A stretch of DNA of 58,253 nt, from the IMG/VR virus record IMGVR_UViG_3300044723_012229, positions 1 through 58,253 of that record. One strand, written 5' to 3'. The DNA is from a virus. Lineage: Duplodnaviria; Caudoviricetes. The notes under the pieces are model-generated. The model was not told where the DNA came from. It saw only the letters and a program-made list of their open reading frames with translations, and searched no databases. This document shows, piece after piece, positions 29,401 through 36,860 of the stretch. The position numbers and the translations under genes were made by a program. Position 1 is the stretch's first letter. Every line of letters begins with the position of its first letter.

Positions 29401-32400
29401 TACCCTGCGTTGCAGTTTCTAAGTCAATAGATTTTATAGTAAAAGTATCCCCTTTTGATAAAGCTTGTGGAGCAACCCTTCTTGAATTTTGAGATAACCT
29501 TCTGTATGTTGCCCCAGAAAAAGATAGTTCTCCGCTTTCTTGATTTGTCTGAGAAAGTAACAAGTCATAAACTCCATCATCACAAAGACTTCCAGCGCTT
29601 TTACTCATTACTGTGTTTATTTTTTTCTCCTTCGGATACGCTGAAAAATCTTCATCAAACGACTGTTTGGCAAAAGATTTCTCCAAAGAGGTTCCGTAAT
29701 AATTCAGACTTTCACTACCCTTGTATATATCAATAGGAAAACCCGCAAAAAATTTAGGATTTTTTATTCTTGAGGCAGATGCTACAGATACCTTATTTAA
29801 CACATCGTCTCCAGACCATTGAATGCCCAGCTTAGATCCCAGTCTTGGATTTTTTTGTAGTTGGTAAAAATGCTCGATATTAAAACTTTTATTTTTTATG
29901 TTTACTCCATCGATAATGCCATCTAAAACAAAAGAATAATCCCTACTATTATTATATAAAGGATTGGACCCCCTTTGCATAAAGCTATCTTTATTAAATC
30001 CCTTGTGCTCAGAAGCAACAAAGTAAGCCCCGCCAGCTTTTTCATGTTTTGTAGACTCTAAAGATCTAACCTCTAAAACCATATCTCCATCCCCCCACTC
30101 AACAGACCTACCCGCCCTTGTGGCAATAAATGCGTCAGAACTAAGCGCTCCAGATTCTTCTGAAGAGCACCCAATTAGATTAAAACTGTCCTTAGAAGAA
30201 TCTTCATTCTCAAACACGCAATAAATTCTACCCTTAACTACATTGGAAGCATGAACAGGATTATTTTGATGTTTTAAAAAATATATAGAAGGAGCACACA
30301 AAGATGCCTCCGAAAGAGGTTTGGCAGAGTCAATCAAAGCTTCTTCTTCGGCGTCTCCAGCCACCCAATTATTTACAGATACTTCAGTTGTATTTGCTTC
30401 TCCTGTCTGATAATAAACCCCAGCGCCACCTTCTGCAGTCCTCCAATCTATTTCCATCTTTGACGTTAAACCAGCATTTATTATAGACACTTTTATTCTA
30501 CCAGCCTTTTCTCCCTCAAGGTTTTCCCAGGCTATAGCTTCACTATCTTCGTCGCCGATATATTTATAAAAATCTGAATCATTTGCTTCGTTTATAATTA
30601 GATCAATATAACCCCTCTCAAAAGGTCCCAGTTTATTACTCCCGTATTTAAGGAACAGGTCTCTATTTAAAAAATAACTAGACTCAATTCGAGTTTTATA
30701 AGGAGTCAGAATGTCCCCATTATTTTTTTGATGATATGTCCCCTTTATTTCTTTATCAAGAGACTGAAATCCTTGTTCGGCGCTATCAGCGGTATATCTA
30801 TCTAATTTTATTTGCTCTCTCTGCAAAGGTATAAAGTTTCTAGAAGCCTGATCAAACCTTAACCGATCAGAAGAATAATCCACTAAAGAATTTACCTTCA
30901 CAACTGACTGATCTGCGGTTAAGTTTTGTGAAATAATTTTTACATCTGAGGCGACAATATTTTTATATTCCTCTGAAGACTGTATAGCAATAATTATATT
31001 TTCCGTATTTTCATAAACATCAGGGTGATTATACTTTTCAGCTTGGAATTGCAAATCTACACTGCCATCATCCGCAAAAAGATCTTTTACAATAATTGAA
31101 ACAGAATCATAGGTTACCATATTTTTATTTAATCCTGCGGCATCCCCAATTAGAGTGTTAATTTTTTCAGGCATATACAAATAGATCAACCTCAACATTT
31201 CTTTAGTGAAGTCCGCAACAGTCCAATAATCCGGACGAGTTAGCTCTAAACTATCTACCAAAAGTATCGACAAAGAAGACGAATTATCTCCAGGATTAAG
31301 CCAATCACTCCAACTTTTCTCTTCTCCGGAATCATTTTTATTATCCATCGGAAGAATATCATTAAGTATAGTGCTTTTTCTTAAGTCAGTTAGAGTGTCT
31401 GTGCTTATAAGAGTTGGTGTTATGTAATTTTCACCAAACTGCCTAGAATACGTTGCCTTTACCATTCCATCAAATCCTAGCGAAGTAATTTCAATTTCTC
31501 CGGATCCTATATTCTCAAATTCGATTCTTTTGACGAAAGGTTTTGAAGCAGAAATAGGCTGAGATTGACTGGACATATTCACAGGAGACCGAAGCATCAA
31601 CCTTCCTGGAGCTACAGGGCTCGGAGATATTAAATTTGCTATTTCGCTAGACCCTACATCGAAAGGAAACTCAATAAAAGTTACTTTTATAGAGTGATTG
31701 TTTTTGTAGTTATAAACATGAGACCAATCCCTACAAATAAAAGACCTAGGATTATCATATGGAGCTGGAGCAGTAAACCTAAATGGTATACATCCATATC
31801 TTTGCTCCAAAAAGTGAAGTATAGCATATGTTTCTGCATCATCTCTATTTTCAAAAGACAAATCCATGGTTAGCATATTTACATTTATTCCGTCGCTATA
31901 TATTTGAGAGTAAGATCCTTTTGTCCTTTTCTCCTTTACTCTTGGTTTATGATTTACGGAAAGCTTTGCGGTAGGCCTCCACTGAAAATCCTGAGTCCAA
32001 ACATCTGTATGAAGATTCTCAAAGTATCCAGTATCCCTACTCCATTCTTCAGAGGCTTGAACCGGAGGGGCTCCAACAAATATCGAATCATCTTTATATA
32101 CAGTTGTTGTTTCAGACTCTCCAGTTTCAGAGTCGATTGATATCTCTATTACAGGAGCAGGCTTGCAGTAATAATACTGATGATTAATTAGGGAAAAAAC
32201 TACATCATTCGAGCCATATCCAACCCCATCAAACCACTCATCTGCACTCTTAACAAATAAAGACTCAGATTTATTAAGCAAAGATGTACTTAAAGTTTTT
32301 AAAGTGACAGTTAAATCATGGCTATTTTCAAAATTTATTGTATGAGAAAAGTCGGTACAGTAAAACTTTTTTGATTGATTATCTAGCGAATCATAAGGGT

Positions 32401-34765
32401 GAAAAGTAGAATTTCCGTCCCACCTGAAACCCTCTATCCCCGCTTTATATTCTAAAAAATCTGAGGAATGCTTGTCTTCAAACTGGCCTTGATGAGAATC
32501 TAAAAAGTGAAGAATTGCATTAGCCTCTCTGCTTGTTCTATTTTTGAAAGTTAGATTAAACTTACAGGTCATAGAATTTATATCTTTCGGGCGCGCAACA
32601 TAATAACCGTCTCCAAATTCTTCCATATAAGTATCAGCGCTAAAGTCTACGTTTGTTCCATAATCTGCATCAAAGAAAAAGTCGTCAGTAGTCCATGCGT
32701 CAGATTGAGCGATATCCTCTACAATTGAAGAAATAGTTATGGAGTGATCTCCCTTTTGCTCTCTTGTAGATATTTCAGAAATATTAGAGTCGAACATGTC
32801 TTTACCTATCGCAAGATAAATAGTTTGATCCTCAAAAGAATTATTTAAATACATCTCCCCATCGACACCAAAAGAAAAACTTTGGCTCTGAACAAGCATT
32901 GACTCTTCGGCCAAGTCGTTGTACTCTTGAGAGCTAGAAAGCTCTATGCCTTCGCCAAGCAAGCCGTTCCTTAGATCAATATTCTCATCTATTTTAAATA
33001 CCTTAGTGTCTCCCGTTAGCCCAGAAGCGTCAGAATGAGCGGTAAACAAATCTCCATTCTGCCACCTTCGATTTACATTACTTCTTACATAGTCTGTTAC
33101 AGAAGAAAGGTCTGCAGGCTGTGACCCTAATTCATATATAACATATTTACCGCCAGCCTGTATAGAGTTTATGTCAATTATTTTTGCATATACAGCTTTT
33201 ACTTTTATATTGGAGAAAGCATTCTGTCCAGCCCACCCAATAAAACGCTTTCCGTAGTAAATACGATCAGGGTCGTAATGCAATTTTGAGCCAGCACTTA
33301 AGCCTTGATAATGTTCTTTGCTTATAACAAAATGACCCCGGTTTTCCGAATCATAAGAGTGTGACTGCGCCTCAAGCGAGTTAAGAATCCAGGAATCAAC
33401 CGAAGATGAATCCGCCAGATACCATGTTTTTAAAGATGATTGAGTGCGCCATCTAGTGCGAGAATATTTATGATCCCAAAAAGTTTGAGCTCCATTTAAA
33501 CTATATTGCCCCCAGTTAAATAAATAAGCCTCTCCTTGATCAATTAACCGAGAGGCAATATCTTCAGTTAACCAAGGTTGAGATCTTTTATTAAAATCAA
33601 AATTATCAAAATTACTTTTCCAGAGGGTATCGCTTGAATCCAAACCCAATCCACGAACTTGAATTCTTGAGCGAATACCATCCCTAAACCTCCCGTCTGT
33701 ATTAACAACGGGAAGGTTTACATTTGTCACATCCTCTACCCCAAAAGAGTCAACAAAAGATATTGAATTTATCACAGAAGAACTTGAAGCTTCGACAGTG
33801 GGAAGCCCAAGGCTATTTCCATTACCTTTATTAAAAAAGAAATGCCTTTGCTGAGAATAGCTATAACAATACATGGAATGCAAGGCTCGACTCTCCTCTG
33901 TCGTTGGATCTCCAATAATCAGCCAACCAGCGCTTCCAAGAACTCCATTTTCAGATGGATAAATATAGAGAAAGGTTTCTGGCCTAATGACCTCCCCGTC
34001 AGCCTCCCTTAAATATCTAGATACAGACTCAGAAGTCCACAACCACTGAACAGCGAAGTCATTTTGAACAAATGCAAAAGCAATTTCATGAGGGCTTTCG
34101 TATTGTTCAGATTCATTTTCTAAAGAAAGATGTATCCATCCAACCTTCGGGGAATATACAAAAGAATTCCCAGCGTTGGGGTTGTAAAAAAACGGCTCGT
34201 CACCTTGAGAGCCTGCTGTTTTCAAAAACCAAGAAGAAGTAAACCAGAAACTCCCTGATTCATGTTGAGAAATAATTGTCCCAGCCAGCCTTGCGAGTAT
34301 AGCCTCCTTGTTGGTTGTAGAGTCAGCGGAAGATACGTTTGTTTTGTAATCCAATATCTCGTAAAAACCATCAGCCCCCTCAAGGGAGCCTTCTAGTTTG
34401 ATTTTCTGTCCGGCTCTAATTGGTTGATTGTCTGTGCTAATTAAATTAGCTTCATCAAATATATAATGAGTTTGTCCAAATTCATTATCAAAAGGCCCAT
34501 TTGGGTCTAGAAAAAATCTGTTTGCCCCACTAAAATTAAATCCAGGCCCATTATCAATATCTCTCTTAGCATAAAAAAACTTTCCCTCCTCCTGGCTATA
34601 TACATAATCAAATTTTTTGTAAGATCCCGTAGGATTGTAAATCCCAGAGTAACTAGATATAGCGGTATCTAGAGTAGAGTCTAATCGTTTAGATTGATTT
34701 GCAGCAAGCTGCTCCGCACTTTGTTTAAAGAGCAGCTCAAAGTAGTCCTCAATTGAAATATCCAT
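20498..34765 (-). CDS. Giant distal-tail (gpM-like x2) protein with multiple accessory modules and a C-terminal leishmanolysin/M8-like Zn metalloprotease
   Basis: 4755 aa in the gpM position directly before gpL. Two gpM-like domains (FGDGYYVARPKDIN...FNLTFKNR...AILHFLDSHQG; SDGINVN...LSFENR...AILHFLEQRYGCIPFRFTAP) at ~31665-32700. C-terminal HEFLHVLG...GAHFLE...IMSP...TLGILEDMGW. Confidence 0.85.
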   Translation of the reverse strand: MDISIEDYFELLFKQSAEQLAANQSKRLDSTLDTAISSYSGIYNPTGSYKKFDYVYSQEEGKFFYAKRDIDNGPGFNFSGANRFFLDPNGPFDNEFGQTHYIFDEANLISTDNQPIRAGQKIKLEGSLEGADGFYEILDYKTNVSSADSTTNKEAILARLAGTIISQHESGSFWFTSSWFLKTAGSQGDEPFFYNPNAGNSFVYSPKVGWIHLSLENESEQYESPHEIAFAFVQNDFAVQWLWTSESVSRYLREADGEVIRPETFLYIYPSENGVLGSAGWLIIGDPTTEESRALHSMYCYSYSQQRHFFFNKGNGNSLGLPTVEASSSSVINSISFVDSFGVEDVTNVNLPVVNTDGRFRDGIRSRIQVRGLGLDSSDTLWKSNFDNFDFNKRSQPWLTEDIASRLIDQGEAYLFNWGQYSLNGAQTFWDHKYSRTRWRTQSSLKTWYLADSSSVDSWILNSLEAQSHSYDSENRGHFVISKEHYQGLSAGSKLHYDPDRIYYGKRFIGWAGQNAFSNIKVKAVYAKIIDINSIQAGGKYVIYELGSQPADLSSVTDYVRSNVNRRWQNGDLFTAHSDASGLTGDTKVFKIDENIDLRNGLLGEGIELSSSQEYNDLAEESMLVQSQSFSFGVDGEMYLNNSFEDQTIYLAIGKDMFDSNISEISTREQKGDHSITISSIVEDIAQSDAWTTDDFFFDADYGTNVDFSADTYMEEFGDGYYVARPKDINSMTCKFNLTFKNRTSREANAILHFLDSHQGQFEDKHSSDFLEYKAGIEGFRWDGNSTFHPYDSLDNQSKKFYCTDFSHTINFENSHDLTVTLKTLSTSLLNKSESLFVKSADEWFDGVGYGSNDVVFSLINHQYYYCKPAPVIEISIDSETGESETTTVYKDDSIFVGAPPVQASEEWSRDTGYFENLHTDVWTQDFQWRPTAKLSVNHKPRVKEKRTKGSYSQIYSDGINVNMLTMDLSFENRDDAETYAILHFLEQRYGCIPFRFTAPAPYDNPRSFICRDWSHVYNYKNNHSIKVTFIEFPFDVGSSEIANLISPSPVAPGRLMLRSPVNMSSQSQPISASKPFVKRIEFENIGSGEIEITSLGFDGMVKATYSRQFGENYITPTLISTDTLTDLRKSTILNDILPMDNKNDSGEEKSWSDWLNPGDNSSSLSILLVDSLELTRPDYWTVADFTKEMLRLIYLYMPEKINTLIGDAAGLNKNMVTYDSVSIIVKDLFADDGSVDLQFQAEKYNHPDVYENTENIIIAIQSSEEYKNIVASDVKIISQNLTADQSVVKVNSLVDYSSDRLRFDQASRNFIPLQREQIKLDRYTADSAEQGFQSLDKEIKGTYHQKNNGDILTPYKTRIESSYFLNRDLFLKYGSNKLGPFERGYIDLIINEANDSDFYKYIGDEDSEAIAWENLEGEKAGRIKVSIINAGLTSKMEIDWRTAEGGAGVYYQTGEANTTEVSVNNWVAGDAEEEALIDSAKPLSEASLCAPSIYFLKHQNNPVHASNVVKGRIYCVFENEDSSKDSFNLIGCSSEESGALSSDAFIATRAGRSVEWGDGDMVLEVRSLESTKHEKAGGAYFVASEHKGFNKDSFMQRGSNPLYNNSRDYSFVLDGIIDGVNIKNKSFNIEHFYQLQKNPRLGSKLGIQWSGDDVLNKVSVASASRIKNPKFFAGFPIDIYKGSESLNYYGTSLEKSFAKQSFDEDFSAYPKEKKINTVMSKSAGSLCDDGVYDLLLSQTNQESGELSFSGATYRRLSQNSRRVAPQALSKGDTFTIKSIDLETATQGMVVGETYLIKEEDLLVDDTRFDVLTTWSSIKPNDLLIKHVIHSFRAHPEQQISQWSGLSSYKAHINNTVNLNDFNQDFIDSLRGADSMESVIEDVSEELRVYSRNVPLNDLVQGDSCTIIDDSDYDLYLTIGLDKNIVGEKEGLVGLEFIYNGEKPWGSLDHFVVAISELSNGDVFKITQQVEGFDYSNIGISGTYDVGSLVIFSPEDYVVPEAYKNIQVQRQLPLVSIEGKGSTIVDYAQIRKGESYSILENPSENNSVDLLAKIGCVKTEIGFSFTAIEHGLVAAPEYRNPDTVDVGLRFVHNTYIKMYMPTGTEFICTSNPLTSALEREKYSGSNKYIDLSNNVRIPFYKTAPNEGKWHHHGWEDQTLFSPIFGNKYLFENPEFFEFVKENFGSFQEQTYLGSGAKGIVKEDWDKVGSFTVQGDGGEYFIENNYVSGILNLKGVPGPHPLFSWCHPAIVGAIYSYFAYLLQQSREQNGNIVPSIKLGQGLNDYIHKLIGHKSKRGAVNVYKFNKTSKLWEASVDKISISITGGANAWSKDKRGATNALSAHYSRTISCFYLFMTFLTSLAGVKTVAIGWSGRGAQTTSRNWGKNLIEDWIASADNLEFEYQQHKWHDQWEKISQSNITSMFDKCATVAVAYGTAGNSGDALWRNFNSGEKLRFSAMLFSNGSYNLQGQRGLWRSHAFVHNLDWISWYNDADAPTKDEILSCFSETPYVNGFPLLKFPTYWSWLMQEYYEEDLWKLNIVKNDTSNHAINLYTTMLGGNRGSLVSECDTMRIENWTISEAIDRIWNSAPNTSIVSFSPSSGGDWNHLNVCNNSFFVGSKNLNYGNAAVKYIYGQNSAIQYFAASKTAEFVHQANSDGGQLKSLLLKDIENNLLAEEEGQQDEDQSPEELILGKFFAGDATVKKNRPSDSWLELVGEVEEGEDVLWYEGVAGQTYKITSVTNPDQVELYKAAAFRVINASQIIAGNKYQLLFADGAESVNFSSVSDQSTVKVGEIVVFNKSGVKLIQENASLINGLFFAEVKDPEIGDMFRFRVGPAMSVPLFWIQKDQKYIITKTGDTDFSSCNGPNESSQYVGQVFTSTIDAPDITGTSEISLVLSDLSGLSFVEINPLSIENANIPIEGGAYEAKLDGYILPWNTFNLYNMDSNSVRLNKESEVFESKFSIDISTSNSSNLDITIKEEEGDVWSVDAFYITEGDRFEILENPDNDNFSLVGSTGNNAGTKFRALRDGWGLNWSGNSKVIRLEDDCSVYPEDFQKFPDNCQTALVEFTHSGDISSVGQASVDEFISAHEGMWVEYKIYAYGLNGGNIMFPVEMHDDISAPYTSHSIENWPVGSKMAELIDADDINNENHFVLSVEKVDPDKGYDQVYVQRGICKIIVGRYEAGGVNERVKAYGVIKSKFSSNQDIANIEIELMPRAYTYGIIKSESGFYQIISKDGRLIYLPFENKSEVISEWEIIATKKINQKKYLSSENNPIVPCSSDFAHALPCEIPDDYNYNLANYEDVKSVFAEVLVPSVNGGIAVMHITLDGPYKFIEKVSFFEDDGKINRWEVVDSELIFRVVDGRTTISEFVSEYSIDNIKIKVLNLPNGADFLSLTSLMQEQQSVSFGTFVDRGNFRKTSKIVYSSDMSQEDQDRIEQISFDSNQTSNNRIMNKEIAEVFMKYIDDEDIFSSVWILDHPVQLRNLKETKKFEDQGDASGFKQPITIAHIPENLSDRIFSSDQLQGGKQYVPIGFEWNAEDSRFFMDHGSAHVMLNSERLITGTFYYSLDSDFVNDGSFQSNTMFIETNVSNDETFMSLDFPSIISQFLEFKSFGTSTLDRFYDLGWFVNMVGENWLYNPWHDPTIFTFRPSDSSGFRSSGEVGTLIYLKDKYNAVDWSSSTSYSIYAIVVYEGYMYQSNQIPTTGQFIEEEWDGPYEAYAITFDDDRNRNITASRDSTIDNARDLIEWSQAASFYPDGEEYSKTITFDVPALVHSGNNIGKMLSTQDLNSMRVAQSEVSTINAPMSTLVKNNSYKILEPISLNPFYAEVGENYTVSSLDGKSFDYSIFGGTGNESVGDAFECTMVPADWAEGEYEAGSVVKFDRKFYQSSVQTSSVPGVDLEWNEMDETDRFIQGNFPSLGIVDNQVGRIFKYVGDFSMTGIIKVKIENEFTLVGDLLGVDANPTNLQFNWLNKKGLNPEYEPSPSWLYALSNVYSKDHGFINPGVFTNRNISLYTGTEAANRVRDILFSSVRYSRNFSKKRFNFACKKAEMCYGEDSVLRFYKKIFNTHTLNIAEGAKYSLSNYTQGDMYHYKFSAMYEDSEEFLHKKSFRQVDRIDFSTHGNFRYGVIYGFEVLLYGAIFEANNKKDYVTVKDSSVLNTIPFNTVVTPFGSKQNSYYLLRYTNGSSPSIGDMIGKGTPVFISCEESASGEDEFYGCINHNVFEEGGLDNADNFVEINNFKDVVSFTRQAFGLNNNIFAIPGDPEAGSWNPSINADHVVANNYNWISNLQDSFYGNEYLNCLSKVYNEKASASMTHNIPIDIGKYYSGDNSFKSIDSFFKLPRVTTYAGRGDALPEKLNSEGLKINTRIFLDLSEKQKKELYYVEQKLNAFVKDNFILNVSLYEASAGRFGDSADIFAAAWVKQKFLGMKDVNGSYRPSPAYGQIMYNPVDFLDENNAINFFDIAYHSYPNFSKEDGVPVSGFYSTTLHEFLHVLGIKAQNVGEIIDDVALVASTLSSSFKGDRFALRTSNIGSSQREKWGWQFYGKKTLEEYGKYVREQLSPDSGADTTGASIDPHVAHSSGQIGVYNGDYYIATSTPQVFDESISSQDDNYPSLFNQYLSDYWMKIELGDDIYHAIDRNGKYIKCWLGSVALYGNGAHFLETCRSIADTGFIQPSFPFAIMSPITLANRYRISDKSSKLTLGILEDMGWNISENVYNNVEDYDSKYMEPNVEPGITSSEWGSQWMERNIDLLI

Positions 34766-34773
34766 TTCTGTTA

Positions 34774-35694
34774 TTACCTTATAACCCCAATCAAAGATAT
34801 TACACTTTTAGCAAGAGATCCTTCAGATATTTCTGATTCTTGTGAAGAAATTTTCCCAGAACAAGTAAATGATGCAATTCTTTCCCCCTCCAAAGAATTT
34901 AAAAAAACACCCAGAGTAGTGTCGGCGTTTTTCCTCAAAAAATGAGCATCTTGCTGATCGCCAAAGCTATTTAAATTAGGAATCATTTCATTGGCGACTA
35001 TCTTTGACCTGCAAATTATTTCCTGCACACTCATACGGGTTGGGGTTGCTCCGCCAGCATTAGTATTAATAGAAGTATGCTCGTTTCTTCGTATGGAATG
35101 ATGGCTTTGCCTATTAACCTCCAAAGAATAATCTAATGAAGATATTTCAAAAGAATCGGAGCCGACTGCAGAGTCAGCATTTTGCCCGCTTATAAAAATA
35201 TTACCAAAAGACTTCAATCCATGAGCAAATGTTTTTTTATTGTAAGACATTCTCTTTGCTACAGTTCTAGTAATTGTACCATATATATCATAAGACGCAG
35301 AAGCAGAAATTATAGAAAAAGGTTTAAGAGAAAAAGAAAAAGATTTTAAATACATATTGTCAAAAGCATATCTTCCAACAACGTTTGTATTTATAGGCTG
35401 ATCGCTCATTCCTTCTGCAATTTCAAACATTCTAGATATACTATTTAAAGAACCCCCTTCATTAAAGTGCTCAGGTGTTACCATAAATTCAATCTGCAGT
35501 TGACCCACCAACCCATCACTCGGAGCAAAATTAACAAAATCAACAGTAGCACCCCCTGTTTCAATATCGAACTCACCAAACTGGCGCTCCATATTTAAGG
35601 TTGTAGACAAAGACAATGAAGCTTTACTCGCAAGAAGCTCTTGCCCGCTGATTACAATACCAGCATCTTCGAATCTTAAAAACGGCTTACTCAT
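34774..35694 (-). CDS. Tail-tube-fold minor tail protein (putative)
   Basis: 306 aa, beta-strand pattern matching the tube paralogues (NMYLKSFSFSL...ISASASYDIY; EISSLDYSLEVNRQ); located between TMP and the distal tail protein. Confidence 0.6.
   Translation of the reverse strand: MSKPFLRFEDAGIVISGQELLASKASLSLSTTLNMERQFGEFDIETGGATVDFVNFAPSDGLVGQLQIEFMVTPEHFNEGGSLNSISRMFEIAEGMSDQPINTNVVGRYAFDNMYLKSFSFSLKPFSIISASASYDIYGTITRTVAKRMSYNKKTFAHGLKSFGNIFISGQNADSAVGSDSFEISSLDYSLEVNRQSHHSIRRNEHTSINTNAGGATPTRMSVQEIICRSKIVANEMIPNLNSFGDQQDAHFLRKNADTTLGVFLNSLEGERIASFTCSGKISSQESEISEGSLAKSVISLIGVIR
34801..34805 (-). promoter_or_regulatory. GTGTA motif ~36 nt upstream of the 4755-aa gene
   Basis: Minus strand reads taaaaGTGTAatatc...aaggtaataacagaaATG. 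It lies within the preceding CDS, so support is weaker. Confidence 0.4.
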
Positions 35695-36860
35695 AATATT
35701 TGATTGTGTAAAGTTTCATACCCCTTATAGGTCATGGTTATAGACATCTCTCCCTCTACCGATAAAGACATTGACTCGGATATTAGTCTTACACTTTTTC
35801 CCACGAATTTATTTATCATTGATCCATCGAGAGAATCTTTTATTTCTATTCTAACATCGCCCACTTTTTGGGCGGCAGTCAACCTGTCTTGAATTTGCTT
35901 TATCTTGTACTCTTCTGCAGTTATAGTTACCTCTATATCTGTTTCTATAGGGTATTGAGTATCAATTTGAACAGGTTCAAGATTTGGTTTGGTGGCAGGT
36001 ATATTTTGAGACCATTCAGTAAAATCTCCATAAGGAATAGCATAAACAGGCTCAAGAACCAACTGCCTAGTATAACTAAAACTCGTTACAGCATCTACAT
36101 AAAAATCACTTATATATAGACTCATAGAAGATTGATCGGGATATTTTATTGGTGGTGAGACTCTTGTTTCTAAAGATTGAAAATTCAATTCCCTACTGAA
36201 AGCGTCCTTGCCTAATGCAAGATAATTTCCGCCAAGGCTTTGATTGGTTCCAACCTTTGAAAAATCATTGAGCTCATTGTAGACTTCGTCGGACATTGAC
36301 AGGGTTCCCTGTTCCCAAAAAACTTTATTTAAAAATTGAGTCCATATTGGGCTATTTATATAAGGGCCAGCGTATACGCTACCATCATTTTTATGAAACC
36401 ATATTGCGTCTACATCCACATCAGCATAAGGATGATTTAGGTTTTGAGTTATAACGTCATCCGCAAGAAGATCCCTACCAAGGTTTCCGTATATAGTAAA
36501 GTCGGTACTTATTGTTGGAATCTCTCCTATATTACAAGATACAGAATATCTAACAAGCCTGGCTTTTTGAAACCCAAAACCCTGACTATTGTCTTGCGCA
36601 ACCACTGCTCCATCAAATTCTTTTTCGTCGTATATATAATTTTCAAAATCATCTAATTCTATAAGAGGATCTGCACCAACCATTGTTCTCTCTATGGACA
36701 AATTTCCCTGAAGAGGAGCGTCAATCAATGCATCTATAAAGCCGACACCTGCTGCTCTTACTGGTTTCTCAGAAATGCCATAGCTGGCGGAAACATTTTG
36801 AATTCCCGATAAATTGTATCCATCAAGAATTACTTTTTGCTCATAGTTTGAGAAGCTCAT
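35691..36860 (-). CDS. Tail-tube-fold minor tail protein (putative)
   Basis: 389 aa. LSGIQNVSASY, ARLVRYSVSCNIGEIPT, YPIETDIEVTI and VRLISESMSLSV parallel motifs in the 504-aa tube protein. Confidence 0.68.
   Translation of the reverse strand: MSFSNYEQKVILDGYNLSGIQNVSASYGISEKPVRAAGVGFIDALIDAPLQGNLSIERTMVGADPLIELDDFENYIYDEKEFDGAVVAQDNSQGFGFQKARLVRYSVSCNIGEIPTISTDFTIYGNLGRDLLADDVITQNLNHPYADVDVDAIWFHKNDGSVYAGPYINSPIWTQFLNKVFWEQGTLSMSDEVYNELNDFSKVGTNQSLGGNYLALGKDAFSRELNFQSLETRVSPPIKYPDQSSMSLYISDFYVDAVTSFSYTRQLVLEPVYAIPYGDFTEWSQNIPATKPNLEPVQIDTQYPIETDIEVTITAEEYKIKQIQDRLTAAQKVGDVRIEIKDSLDGSMINKFVGKSVRLISESMSLSVEGEMSITMTYKGYETLHNQIL

Noticed and set aside
1076-34765. Diversity-generating retroelement or invertase-driven fibre switching
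   Set aside because: No reverse transcriptase, recombinase or near-identical template/variable repeat pair was seen in this window. Repeats are old and diverged. It cannot be excluded elsewhere in the genome.
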